Shown: piece after piece, positions 38,561 through 48,018 of the stretch
How positions within the stretch are numbered: the stretch's first letter is position 1
Layout: the number at the start of each line of letters is the position of its first letter
Assembly (NCBI GenBank): GCA_039683575.1
Contig: JBDKRC010000010.1
Span: forward strand, 1-64,000
DNA: 64,000 nucleotides
Origin: Armatimonadia bacterium
Lineage (GTDB): Bacteria > Armatimonadota > Zipacnadia > Zipacnadales > UBA11051
Direction: 5' to 3'
Notes under the pieces: generated by a model
What the model saw: the letters and a program-made list of their open reading frames with translations, nothing else
Databases searched by the model: none
What the model was told of the DNA's origin: nothing
Made by a program: the position numbers and the translations under genes

Positions 38561-38890
38561 TCACCCGCGTCTTCGTCTGTAGCGTGTTAGCCAGCGGTGC
38601 GTCCCTGCCGGCGTCGTGAGGCTGTGCTCCGGCGGATCGGGCCACCTGCAATGCCCGCCGCCCGGCCGGTGCGGCCACTGGTATGCCTCGCACGTGCAGG
38701 GGGGGACGTTCGGTTTCCCTTTTCGCCATGGAGGATAACCGCCTTTTGGTATGCGTCCCCGGTGGTGTCGTCCAGCATGGGCCATGCAGCGCTGTAGCGC
38801 ATCGCTCCACATTGCCCACGCGCGACACCGTTCGCCGTTCGCCTTGATGGCTGTGCATTGACGCAGTTCGCGCGCGCGTTCAGAGTACAT
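38561..38890 (-). CDS. Small Cys/His-rich protein (HGGxSTG-domain-like zinc finger)
   Basis: QCTAIKANGERCRAWA...RCMAHAG and CTC...HRPGGGHC. Confidence 0.55.
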   Translation of the reverse strand: MYSERARELRQCTAIKANGERCRAWAMWSDALQRCMAHAGRHHRGRIPKGGYPPWRKGKPNVPPCTCEAYQWPHRPGGGHCRWPDPPEHSLTTPAGTHRWLTRYRRRRG

Positions 38891-38995
38891 ACATGGCTCC
38901 CAGATTGCGTCTTCTGGTGGGCGATCGCAAAATGCCCACGCTGACTGCAAAAACTACAGAAAAGCGTTGCCCGGCCACGCATTGCTGTGAGGACC

Positions 38996-39135
38996 GGACA
39001 GAACGGACAGAACGGTTTCCTGCGTATCCTTCATCATCAAGTACCGACTGCATACTGTATTGGGTCGCTTGCACATCAGGCAGCTCATCCGACTTACAGT
39101 GAGCCGGAAACCGTTCTGTTCGTTCTAACTGTTCT
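38996..39135. repeat. Iteron-like direct/inverted repeats at the primase 3' end (putative ori)
   Basis: GGACAGAAC x2; perfect 14-bp IR ACAGAACGGTTTCC (39007-39020) / GGAAACCGTTCTGT (39106-39119); extra GTTCT units. Confidence 0.6.
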
Positions 39136-41326
39136 CCGGTTGGTCGGCTCTCAGGCCAATCCCAAGCCACACCCACGTCTTCGTGTCGCCCACGTTTCGT
39201 TGGCTATGCTGAAGATCGGGACGGAGTCTCTTCAGTGCCTTGCCGAACTGTCTGTCCATTGCAGGAGGCTTTCCTGTGCGTTCGCAGAAGGCGTTGTAAG
39301 CCCTGCGGAGGTGCTCCTTAGGGGTGACGGCTGCAGGGTCAAGAATCGTGTCTCTATCGAGCCATACTGCCAGCGGATCAGTGATAGTACGGAACTCCCC
39401 CCAGGCCTCTTGCATGGAGACAGTCTCCGCTATCCCGCGCGTTCTAACGCGCGCTAAGGCGGCCAACGCCATGTTCAGGACGCCCGACAACTCGTGCGGG
39501 TCGGCCAATTCAGCGTCCAGTTCGCCGCGCTTCCTCGCGGTCTTCTCGTCGAACGTCCGGGTGAATGGTACGCACAGCCAGCGCCTGAAGAAGGCGTGGG
39601 AGGCGTCAGGCGACTGTGGCGGGTGGTTGGCGCTGAAGACCAGGCGTGAATAGGGGATGAACGAGAAGCCCTCGCCATACTTGCGTTCTCCGTAGATGGG
39701 GTCGCCGCCGGTTATGGCCTTGAACATGCTCGTGCCGGCCAGGTGGGCAGACGGCAGGTCGGGGCAGATGTTGGCGACCTTGCCCACGAGACTCGCCGCG
39801 GCGAAGCGGTCCACCTCCAGCTTGTGCAGACTGACATTGGCGCAGTTCTGATGACCCACGAACGCGGTAAGCCCTGTCAGGAAAGTGCTCTTGCCATTCG
39901 CCCCTTCCCCAAGTAGCAGCACGGCCTTTTGGACCGAGGTGTCGGGAGTCATCAGCCAGGCAGCAAGTTCCCATGGCAGGTCCTGCGTGTCTTCTGGAAA
40001 TGTCTGGTGGACAAACCTGATCCACGCGGGGCACGAGGCTTCAGGATCGTATGCGACTGGTATCTGGACCGGTGAGAGATGCTCTGGGGAGTGTGGAGAC
40101 AGCTCTCCGGTATGGAGATCGAGCAGACCATTAGTGCAGTTGATGACTTTCATAGAGGGAACGGTCACGAGGTGCGGTGCGTCAACGCGGATATATTCTA
40201 CGACCTCATCCTGTCTGCGCGTCGACCACTTCTCACTAAGCCCCCAGTCTCGCATCAGGCGCTTCACGAGAGCCTTAATGCGCCGTTCGCCCTTGGGCTG
40301 GTAATAGCCACTATCGTAGACATAGAGCGAGAGACCGTCGTCAACCGCGAATGCCTCAGTCTCCAGTATGGCCGTCGCCACATTCGCAGCAGCGATTGCC
40401 CTTTCGCCTTCCACGCGCCCACCACCGCCGTCTTTTGCTCGCGGTTGGTTGGCCGTGCACATGCTACCCGTGGCGTAGAACTCGGTTGCCTGCTCCAATG
40501 CCTTACGGATCGTGCGTTCGCCGTAGGTGCTATCGCCTCTCATTTCATCCCACTTCGCGCGCATCCGCCCGGACTGCCGGAAGAGCGAATCGACGCGAGT
40601 TGGATCGCCGCCTGTCCAGAACGCCAGGTAGTTGCACAGTGACAGGTCGCCGGCACTGTCGTCCTCGGGAAAGGCGCCCTCCCACAGACGCGAGAAGTCC
40701 CTGCCGTTCTTCGCGGCCCTTGCCTTGCCAAGAAGCTCGACGTCGGTTAAGTCTGTAGTGCCGGTCAGGTTGCGCTGGGGCGCAGGAACCGCCGCCGCTT
40801 TCCTGCCGAAGACGCGCTGATGAAGCGCCTCAAGCTGCTCCTGTCGGTGCTCGATGCTCGCGGGAGTGCCCGCCAGGTGTTGGCCTGTGACTGTGAAGTA
40901 CCGTGGGCTGCCAGGTCCGTACATCTCGATGTCTCCCTTACGCCGACCGCCAGGCGGCAACTCTGCCCAGAGGAGAACATGGATTCCGGTTCCGCTCGGA
41001 CTTGCCTCGCTGTAAGACGCAAGGAGTTCCACAATCTCCTGCGCCCACGGCTCCACTCCCCCCGTACGTGGATCCCGGCAGTCGTCCAAATCAACTCCAC
41101 ACAGCCCATTGTCGAACATGATTCCCAGACCGTCGAAATGCCTCACCTGCAGGCAGGCCGTCGCGAAGTCCGTCCAAGTAGACGGATCGTTCGACTTGGC
41201 GCGCCTCTCCGTCGTCGGGTTGTACGGCACCTTGGTTGGCTTGCTGTTGCGCAGCTCTGACCGCCAGCACACCCAGGCCGGGCGGGTCTTCAGACACGCG
41301 GGGAGGTTGGGCAGAAGGTCTATCAT
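39125..41326 (-). CDS. Primase-polymerase/SF3 helicase fusion (P4/D5 family, NrS-1-like)
   Basis: WVCWR...KVPY, DLDDC and SPSGTGIH AEP motifs; LAFWTGGD...LFRQSG helix bundle; D5-N domain; Walker A GEGANGKS. Confidence 0.92.
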   Translation of the reverse strand: MIDLLPNLPACLKTRPAWVCWRSELRNSKPTKVPYNPTTERRAKSNDPSTWTDFATACLQVRHFDGLGIMFDNGLCGVDLDDCRDPRTGGVEPWAQEIVELLASYSEASPSGTGIHVLLWAELPPGGRRKGDIEMYGPGSPRYFTVTGQHLAGTPASIEHRQEQLEALHQRVFGRKAAAVPAPQRNLTGTTDLTDVELLGKARAAKNGRDFSRLWEGAFPEDDSAGDLSLCNYLAFWTGGDPTRVDSLFRQSGRMRAKWDEMRGDSTYGERTIRKALEQATEFYATGSMCTANQPRAKDGGGGRVEGERAIAAANVATAILETEAFAVDDGLSLYVYDSGYYQPKGERRIKALVKRLMRDWGLSEKWSTRRQDEVVEYIRVDAPHLVTVPSMKVINCTNGLLDLHTGELSPHSPEHLSPVQIPVAYDPEASCPAWIRFVHQTFPEDTQDLPWELAAWLMTPDTSVQKAVLLLGEGANGKSTFLTGLTAFVGHQNCANVSLHKLEVDRFAAASLVGKVANICPDLPSAHLAGTSMFKAITGGDPIYGERKYGEGFSFIPYSRLVFSANHPPQSPDASHAFFRRWLCVPFTRTFDEKTARKRGELDAELADPHELSGVLNMALAALARVRTRGIAETVSMQEAWGEFRTITDPLAVWLDRDTILDPAAVTPKEHLRRAYNAFCERTGKPPAMDRQFGKALKRLRPDLQHSQRNVGDTKTWVWLGIGLRADQPENS

Positions 41327-41517
41327 TTGGCTTCCTCTGGAGTGGCTTCGGTCGGCGTCGCGGTCGTGGGTTTCTCCCAGCTTGCGAGTAGGTCACAGAA
41401 GGCACTCATGTTGCGAATAGCCTCCCGTGCGTCCTCCTCAGAGACATGCTTCCCTGTCCGCTCCTCCCAGAAGCGGCGGGTCTGCTCCACGACGTCCGGC
41501 GAGAGTCCATGCGCCAC
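41323..41517 (-). CDS. Small hypothetical protein
   Basis: 64 aa, translationally coupled to the primase (4-bp overlap). Confidence 0.65.
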   Translation of the reverse strand: MAHGLSPDVVEQTRRFWEERTGKHVSEEDAREAIRNMSAFCDLLASWEKPTTATPTEATPEEAK

Positions 41518-41520
41518 GAG

Positions 41521-41727
41521 CTACGCCTCAACTCTCTGCTTGGGCTGCAGACGCCTGCGCAGGGCATCGATTTGCGCCTCGTCGTAGTAGCGGTATCCTC
41601 GATGGTCACGGTATGGCGCGACGATTCCCGTCCGCTCCCATCGCCAGAGCGTCGAACGGGAGATACCCAGGGCTCGCAGTACCTCGCCGATGGGCCTCAA
41701 CGCCTCGTCATGCTTCACACCCGTCAC
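41521..41727 (-). CDS. MerR-type HTH protein (excisionase/AlpA-like)
   Basis: IGEVLRALGISRSTLWRWERTG...RDHRGYRYY. Confidence 0.85.
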   Translation of the reverse strand: MTGVKHDEALRPIGEVLRALGISRSTLWRWERTGIVAPYRDHRGYRYYDEAQIDALRRRLQPKQRVEA

Positions 41728-41860
41728 CTCTTCCGATGCCTGCTACGCATTGCATCAAGTTGCAGCGTGGCGTAGTATGGTGCAGAGTATGACAGGGGAT
41801 GCTATTGAGAAATAGTCCCAAACACGGTGCTAAGTGTCGCCATTCCGCAGGAGGTAACAG

Positions 41861-43033
41861 GTGTCTGGTTCCGTCGAGGATCACGAGCTGCTTAGTGCGG
41901 TGACGGCGCTACAGATGAGACGGTTTCTCACCGAACTGCCGGATGGGGTCTCCCATCCCTTAGTGCTGCCGAGACACGAGCGCGACCGGGTGGTGTGCGA
42001 CTTTTCTGCGCCAAGGTTCTACTTGCCTATTCGTAAAGCAAGTAAGCCTCGTCGTTGGATCGAAAGGGCAATTGCGCCGGTCGCCGAGCTCACGGAGCGT
42101 CATGAAGAGGTGGGGGAAATGGGGAAGTGGACGTATGACTGGTACTACTTCGAGTTACTGGATCGCGACCGCGTTCTGCGTCCACTGTTTTGGCTGAGCG
42201 CGCAGCTACTTCACCATTCCTTCACTGATGATAGACCCTTGAGACAGATCAGTGGCAGCATGTGCGAACGTGTGGGCCACTTGCGTCAGTTTCTGACGAT
42301 GGACTATGTCAACGGGGGGGCGAGCGACGGCAGCTCCCGTGAGATAGAGTACGCAGATGAATGGCGTGCCTGGTTTGCCGAGACATTCCGCGCACATGAG
42401 GCGGAGTGGCTTGCGTCAGGTGATCTTCTCTATGCGAGTGTAGGGCCTTGGCTCCAGCACCTACAGTTCGATCAAGACCTGCTTCACGAGCAGGGGGCGA
42501 AGCGCTCAAGGTCTGACCTGAAAGGCCGGGGCCACAGTTGGAAGAGCAAATTCCCGTCGGGTCTTCCCGGCGTCTACTGGAAGATGGTACCCGTGTATGA
42601 CGGCGAGCTCAGAGGGGCGCTGTGGCGGGCGATGCAGCATGAACTGTACGTGACATCGGTCTTCAATTTGGGTGCCACTCAGGATCGGGACCCCGAGCTG
42701 TGGCAGCGCATCGAGGAACGGTTTGCCCTGCCTTACCAGCGCATGAGTCGATATCGCTACTACGAGCGAGCGCGTGAGCAGGAGGTACTTGAGTTGAGCC
42801 TGCAGGACTATACCTTGGATGAGATCGCAGTAGCGCTGGTGGATAAAGGCCTTCACCCCATAAGCCAAGACCTCTATCCGCCGCCTCCGCCGCAACCTGG
42901 CACAGATCAATACGACACTGCCGTCGCATCCGCCCGGCGCGCCGCAGAACGCAGGCGGAAGGTCCTGCGCGCAGAGGGTTCGCTTAAGCTCGGCAAGCCG
43001 GGTAGGCGAAAGAAGGAGACAGCAAAGTCCTGA
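41861..43033 (+). CDS. Hypothetical protein divergent from the replication module, possible C-terminal HTH
   Basis: GGAGG RBS plus GTG; LELSLQDYTLDEIAVAL; basic tail. Confidence 0.7.
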   Translation: MSGSVEDHELLSAVTALQMRRFLTELPDGVSHPLVLPRHERDRVVCDFSAPRFYLPIRKASKPRRWIERAIAPVAELTERHEEVGEMGKWTYDWYYFELLDRDRVLRPLFWLSAQLLHHSFTDDRPLRQISGSMCERVGHLRQFLTMDYVNGGASDGSSREIEYADEWRAWFAETFRAHEAEWLASGDLLYASVGPWLQHLQFDQDLLHEQGAKRSRSDLKGRGHSWKSKFPSGLPGVYWKMVPVYDGELRGALWRAMQHELYVTSVFNLGATQDRDPELWQRIEERFALPYQRMSRYRYYERAREQEVLELSLQDYTLDEIAVALVDKGLHPISQDLYPPPPPQPGTDQYDTAVASARRAAERRRKVLRAEGSLKLGKPGRRKKETAKS

Positions 43034-43311
43034 TTCTCTGCCGCCTCGTCATCACAATGGTGGTGTCTACATGGGGATGATGGACCCGTTGTTAAGCGGG
43101 TGCTAACCATCATCTTAGCGGCTGTTTGTGCATCTTCCAGGGGTACCGGCCAGTCTGTCTTACTCTACCGCAAATCCTTAGGAGGTGCCGGCTGCCTGAC
43201 TGGCGAAAGGCAGCAACGCCGCACGTGGAGCTTCGGGGGGTGTCGCTGGATCAAGCTGAAACCCTCTGTTCCCTCCCCCGCCTGCCCACATACGAGGACG
43301 TGATACGCAAT

Positions 43312-44958
43312 ATGGCACGAGGCTCAAAGAAGCCTGCCAAGAATGGCGGGCCGCTGGACTTCAAGGAGAAGCTCTGGGAGGCCGCGGATAAGCTGCGCGG
43401 TCACATGGACCCCGGTGAGTATAAGCACGTCGTCCTGGGCCTGATCTTCCTCAAGTACATCTCCGATGCGTTCCAGGAACTGCACGACAAGCTGAGCGCG
43501 ACTGCCGCGACCGAGCACACCGACCCGGAGGACCGGGACGAGTACCTGGCTGAGAATGTCTTTTGGGTGCCACAGAAGGCCCGGTGGGCGGAGCTGCAGG
43601 CCAAGGCGAAGACGCCGGAGATTGGCCGTCTGCTGGATGACGCGATGCTTGCCATCGAAAAGGACAACCAGTCCCTGCGCGGGGTGCTACCCAAGATCTA
43701 CGCCAGCCCTGACCTCAACAAGGAGCGCTTAGGCGAGGTTCTGGACCTGATTGGCACTGTGGGATTGGGAGACCCCGAAAGCCGCCGTATGGACGTCCTG
43801 GGGCGCGTCTATGAGTACTTTATCGGGAAGTTCGCGAGCCAGGAGGGGAAGGCCGGCGGGGAGTTCTACACGGCGGCCTGTGTGGTGCGCTTGCTGGTCG
43901 AGATGTTGGAGCCGTTCCACGGGCGTATCTACGACCCGTGCTGCGGGTCGGGGGGCATGTTCGTGCAGAGTGAGCGCTTCGTCGAGACCCACGGCGGGCG
44001 GCGCACCGACGTGGCGGTGTACGGGCAGGAAAGTAACCCCACGACCTGGCGGCTGGCCCGCATGAACCTGGCGATCCGCGGGATAGACGCCAACCTTGGG
44101 CCACACCACGGCGACAGCTTCCACCACGACCTGCACCCTGACTTGAAGGCTGACTTCATCCTCGCCAATCCCCCTTTCAATGACAGCGACTGGGGCGGGG
44201 AGCGTGTGCAGAATGACCCCCGCTGGAAGTACGGCGCCCCTCCGCCCAACAACGCCAACTTTGCCTGGGTGCAGCATTTTCTTCACCATCTGGCGCCAAA
44301 CGGCACGGCGGGCTTTGTTCTCGCGAATGGCTCGATGTCGAGCACCTTCTCGGGTGAAGGCGACATACGTCGCCAGATCATTGAGGCTGATCTGGTGGAC
44401 TGCATGGTGTCGCTGCCAGGGCAGCTTTTCTACACCACGCCGATCCCCGTTTGTCTGTGGTTCTTGGCGCGGGACAAGCGTAACTCGGGTAAGCGCGACC
44501 GCCGCGGCGAGACCCTGTTCATTGACGCTCACAGGATGGGAGCAATGGTGGATCGGGTGCACCGGGAGTTGACCGACGACGACGTCGCTGCCATCGCGCG
44601 CTGCTACCACGCTTGGCGAGGGGAGCCCAAGGCGGGCAGATACGAGGATGTGGCCGCCTTCTGTAGGTCAGCCACGATCCAAGAGATTGCTCAGTATGGC
44701 TTTCTGCTGACGCCAGGTCGGTACGTGGGCGCTGAGGAAGTGGAAGACCAGTCCGAGCCATTCGCGCAGGTCATGACCCACCTTACCGCACAGCTTTGGC
44801 ACCGGATGGATGAGGCCGGGCGGCTTGACTTGACCATCACGAGGAGTTTGGGCAGCCTGGGCTATGGGCGCAGCCAGCCATCGACAGAGCACCTTGGCGA
44901 GGCCGGTGGGCGCGCAGCAGGTACGCGAGTAGAGAACTCGGGCGCCGACAATGGGTAA
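43312..44958 (+). CDS. hsdM: Type I R-M methyltransferase subunit
   Basis: [32 protein letters not shown]; start MARGSK after a GAGGA RBS. Confidence 0.95.
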   Translation: MARGSKKPAKNGGPLDFKEKLWEAADKLRGHMDPGEYKHVVLGLIFLKYISDAFQELHDKLSATAATEHTDPEDRDEYLAENVFWVPQKARWAELQAKAKTPEIGRLLDDAMLAIEKDNQSLRGVLPKIYASPDLNKERLGEVLDLIGTVGLGDPESRRMDVLGRVYEYFIGKFASQEGKAGGEFYTAACVVRLLVEMLEPFHGRIYDPCCGSGGMFVQSERFVETHGGRRTDVAVYGQESNPTTWRLARMNLAIRGIDANLGPHHGDSFHHDLHPDLKADFILANPPFNDSDWGGERVQNDPRWKYGAPPPNNANFAWVQHFLHHLAPNGTAGFVLANGSMSSTFSGEGDIRRQIIEADLVDCMVSLPGQLFYTTPIPVCLWFLARDKRNSGKRDRRGETLFIDAHRMGAMVDRVHRELTDDDVAAIARCYHAWRGEPKAGRYEDVAAFCRSATIQEIAQYGFLLTPGRYVGAEEVEDQSEPFAQVMTHLTAQLWHRMDEAGRLDLTITRSLGSLGYGRSQPSTEHLGEAGGRAAGTRVENSGADNG

Positions 44959-46306
44959 CCCAGTCTGCTGGGAAAGCGTGCGTCTCGGCGACTTAGTCCA
45001 GATTGTGCACGGATGGCGGTTCGAGAGCGAGTACTTCCGGGACACCCCACCTGGGGATGTACTTCTGACCCCCGGCAATTTCCGGGAAGGTGGTGGCTTC
45101 AAGGGCGACGCCCTGAAGTACTACGATGGGCCCGTCGCCGATGGGTATGTCCTGGCTGAGGGTGATCTCCTCGTAACGATGACTGACCTGAGCAAGCTCG
45201 GGCGGACATTGGGTTATCCCGCCTTCGTCCCAGGCGCCCCCCCCGGACAGAGATACTTGCACAACCAACGATTGGGCAAGGTCATCGTTGGCAGCCCAAC
45301 CCGTCTACTGCAACGCTTCCTGTACTATCTTCTATGCACTTCGGATTACAGGCATGAAGTGCTGGCCGGAGCGACCGGCACGACCGTTCGGCATACGTCA
45401 CCCAGCCGTATTGCCGCGTTCAGGTTCCGATTGCCGTCACTTCGTGAGCAGAAGGCTATCGCCCACATTCTTGGTTCGCTGGACGACAAGATCGAACTGA
45501 ACCGGCAGATCAACGAGACACTGCAGGAAATCCTGCGGGTCGCCTTCAAGTCCTGGTTCATTGACTTCGACCCGGTGCGGGCAAAGGCGGAGAGGGGGCA
45601 GCCCGCCGGCATGGACGCTTCCATCGCCGATCTCTTCCCCAATGAACTTGAAAGCACGGATCTGGGTGAAGCGCCCAGAGGCTGGCAGACAGGGACGTTG
45701 GGTGGCGTGGCGCACCAAATGCGTAGGGTGGTGACCCCTGAAGAAGCAACCCCGGAGACACCCTACATTGGCCTTGAGCACATGCCGCGCAGGTGCATTA
45801 CGTTGTCCACGTGGGGTACCGCGGATGAAGTTGCCAGCGGCAAGTACGGGTTTCTGCAAGGCGAATTGCTGTTTGGGAAGCTCCGGCCCTACTTCCACAA
45901 GGTTGGGGTTGCACTCGTAGATGGCATTTGCTCAACAGACATTCTGGTCGTTGCGCCCAAACAGCCTGAATGGCAGGGGTTCGTGGTAGGCCACCTGTTC
46001 AGCGACGCACTTGTGGCCCATGCGGACGCCCATTCGACCGGGACGAAAATGCCCAGGACCAACTGGCCCTCGATGGCCGGTTACAAGGTCGTGTTGCCGC
46101 CGACGGCGTTGGCAGCGGCTTACAACGCGGTGGTGTCACCCATGCTGGAGGCCATCCGCAACAACGTGCTGCAGTCCCGCACTCTCGCGTCCATCCGCGA
46201 CGCGCTGCTGCCGAAGCTGCTGTCCGGTGAGCTCCGCATTGACGACCCCGAAGCCTTCCTGCCCCACGCCCAGGCCGGCGCCCCCGAAGAGGTGCAGGAG
46301 AGATGA
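44951..46306 (+). CDS. hsdS: Type I R-M specificity subunit
   Basis: Two TRDs; [36 protein letters not shown]. Confidence 0.93.
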   Translation: MGNPVCWESVRLGDLVQIVHGWRFESEYFRDTPPGDVLLTPGNFREGGGFKGDALKYYDGPVADGYVLAEGDLLVTMTDLSKLGRTLGYPAFVPGAPPGQRYLHNQRLGKVIVGSPTRLLQRFLYYLLCTSDYRHEVLAGATGTTVRHTSPSRIAAFRFRLPSLREQKAIAHILGSLDDKIELNRQINETLQEILRVAFKSWFIDFDPVRAKAERGQPAGMDASIADLFPNELESTDLGEAPRGWQTGTLGGVAHQMRRVVTPEEATPETPYIGLEHMPRRCITLSTWGTADEVASGKYGFLQGELLFGKLRPYFHKVGVALVDGICSTDILVVAPKQPEWQGFVVGHLFSDALVAHADAHSTGTKMPRTNWPSMAGYKVVLPPTALAAAYNAVVSPMLEAIRNNVLQSRTLASIRDALLPKLLSGELRIDDPEAFLPHAQAGAPEEVQER

Positions 46307-48000
46307 AAGCGGACGAGCTGTTCATCGAGAAGATGTTGCACGGCACGGATCAGTACCTGATCCCGGTCTTCCAGCGCTACTACGAATGGACGTCCGATGA
46401 GTGGCAGCGCCTGTGGGACGACATCACTGCCCTGTTGGAGGAAGACGCCAAGGCAGAGCACTTTATGGGGCCGATGGTGGCTGTCGCCCACAATCCCACA
46501 CCTGGCTCGGTGCCGCAGTACCTCATGATCGACGGCCAGCAGCGACTGACGACGATCGTGCTGCTGCTCTGCGCCATTCGGGACTTGGCCGCCGAACACG
46601 AGCTGGAGAAGATCAGGGGGCAAATACAGGATCAGTTCCTGCTCGACCAGTACAAGACGGGGATGGATCAGTACAAGGTCATCCCGCGCCAGCGCGACCG
46701 CGCCGGGGTCATGAAGCTGATGGAGGGTAAGGTCGACGAGAGCGCCGGGCGCCCGCTGGAGTGCTACAACTACTACGTGAAGCAGATTAGGCAGGCGATG
46801 GCTGAGGGCAAGGCCCTGGAGACGATCTTCGCTGCCGTGGCGAAGCGCCTGACCCTGGTCATGATCACCCTGACGGACGAGAACCCCTTCGAGATCTTCG
46901 AGACGCTCAACTCCACCGGCAAGCCGCTGGAAGAGGCGGACCTCATCCGCAACTACGTGTTCATGAAGCTGTCCTTCACCGACCAGGACGACTTCGACGA
47001 GAACCTGTGGCGACCATTCGAGGATCGCTTCTCCGCCCACGGCGAGCACAAGCTGATCCCGCTCAGTGATTACTACCGCGACTACCTCATGCGCGATGGC
47101 ACGTATGTCGTCAAGCGACACACTTATGTGGACTTCAAGAAGCACATGGATGGGCAGGACGACAAGAACGGCTTTGAACCTACGGAGTTGGCGCTGAAGC
47201 TGGACGGATACGCCCAGCTCTACACGAAGATCTGCCGACCGCGTACTTACATAGAAGACGAAGACATTCAGCGGGAGTTGCGGTACATTGCGCGGCTGAG
47301 TAGTGCTGGCACCGCCTACCCACTGGTACTCAACCTGCTTGGCCGGCACAAGGACGGCACGCTCGCCAAGGCCGAACTGCTGGAGTGCCTTCGAGCTCTC
47401 CAGAGCTTCGTCATCCGGCGCTCCATCGGCGGTGAGTCCACGCGCGCGTATGGCCGCTGGTTTCCCGGAGCTATCAGCGAGTGCAAGGACGGAGCTGTTC
47501 TGGAGGGGCTGATCGGCTACTTCAAGAAGCGCGTATGGCCGGCGGATGAGCAGTTCAGGGCAGAGCTCAAGAGCTTCCAGCTGTATCGGCGCGAGTTCGA
47601 CATGACCCGCTTGATGTTGATCGCGCTGGAGGACTGCTGTCAGCACAAGGAGCCGGTTGACGTAGACGCTGGGGTGACCGAGGAGAAGCTGACTGTTGAA
47701 CACGTAATGCCGCAGGGCATAGTGGACGACGCCAAGGGCGAAGCTTGGAAGGCGGTCTTGGGGCCCGATTGGGAGAAGGTCCAGACCAATCTCATGCACA
47801 CCCTGGGGAACCTGACGCTGAGTGGCTACAACCGGGAGCTCTCGAACGAACCCTACGAGACGAAGCGCGAGGAACTGAAGAACAGCCATCTGGAGATCAA
47901 CAAGTACTTCGCCGGCCAGGACACGTGGGACGCGGCGGCGATCGACGCGCGGACGGACCACCTGGCCGATCAGCTGGCAAGCATCTGGCCGGTACTGTAA
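46303..48000 (+). CDS. GmrSD-like type IV restriction protein (DUF262 + DUF1524)
   Basis: IPVFQRYYEW, IDGQQRLTT, FETLNSTG; EHVMPQ...LGNLTL...N HNH-like motif. Confidence 0.92.
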   Translation: MKADELFIEKMLHGTDQYLIPVFQRYYEWTSDEWQRLWDDITALLEEDAKAEHFMGPMVAVAHNPTPGSVPQYLMIDGQQRLTTIVLLLCAIRDLAAEHELEKIRGQIQDQFLLDQYKTGMDQYKVIPRQRDRAGVMKLMEGKVDESAGRPLECYNYYVKQIRQAMAEGKALETIFAAVAKRLTLVMITLTDENPFEIFETLNSTGKPLEEADLIRNYVFMKLSFTDQDDFDENLWRPFEDRFSAHGEHKLIPLSDYYRDYLMRDGTYVVKRHTYVDFKKHMDGQDDKNGFEPTELALKLDGYAQLYTKICRPRTYIEDEDIQRELRYIARLSSAGTAYPLVLNLLGRHKDGTLAKAELLECLRALQSFVIRRSIGGESTRAYGRWFPGAISECKDGAVLEGLIGYFKKRVWPADEQFRAELKSFQLYRREFDMTRLMLIALEDCCQHKEPVDVDAGVTEEKLTVEHVMPQGIVDDAKGEAWKAVLGPDWEKVQTNLMHTLGNLTLSGYNRELSNEPYETKREELKNSHLEINKYFAGQDTWDAAAIDARTDHLADQLASIWPVL

Positions 48001-48018
48001 ACAGCTGGGGGAGCAACC

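Noticed and set aside
44951-46306. Phase-variable hsdS shufflon driven by the small serine recombinase
   Set aside because: Only one hsdS; no silent TRD cassettes or flanking inverted repeats seen
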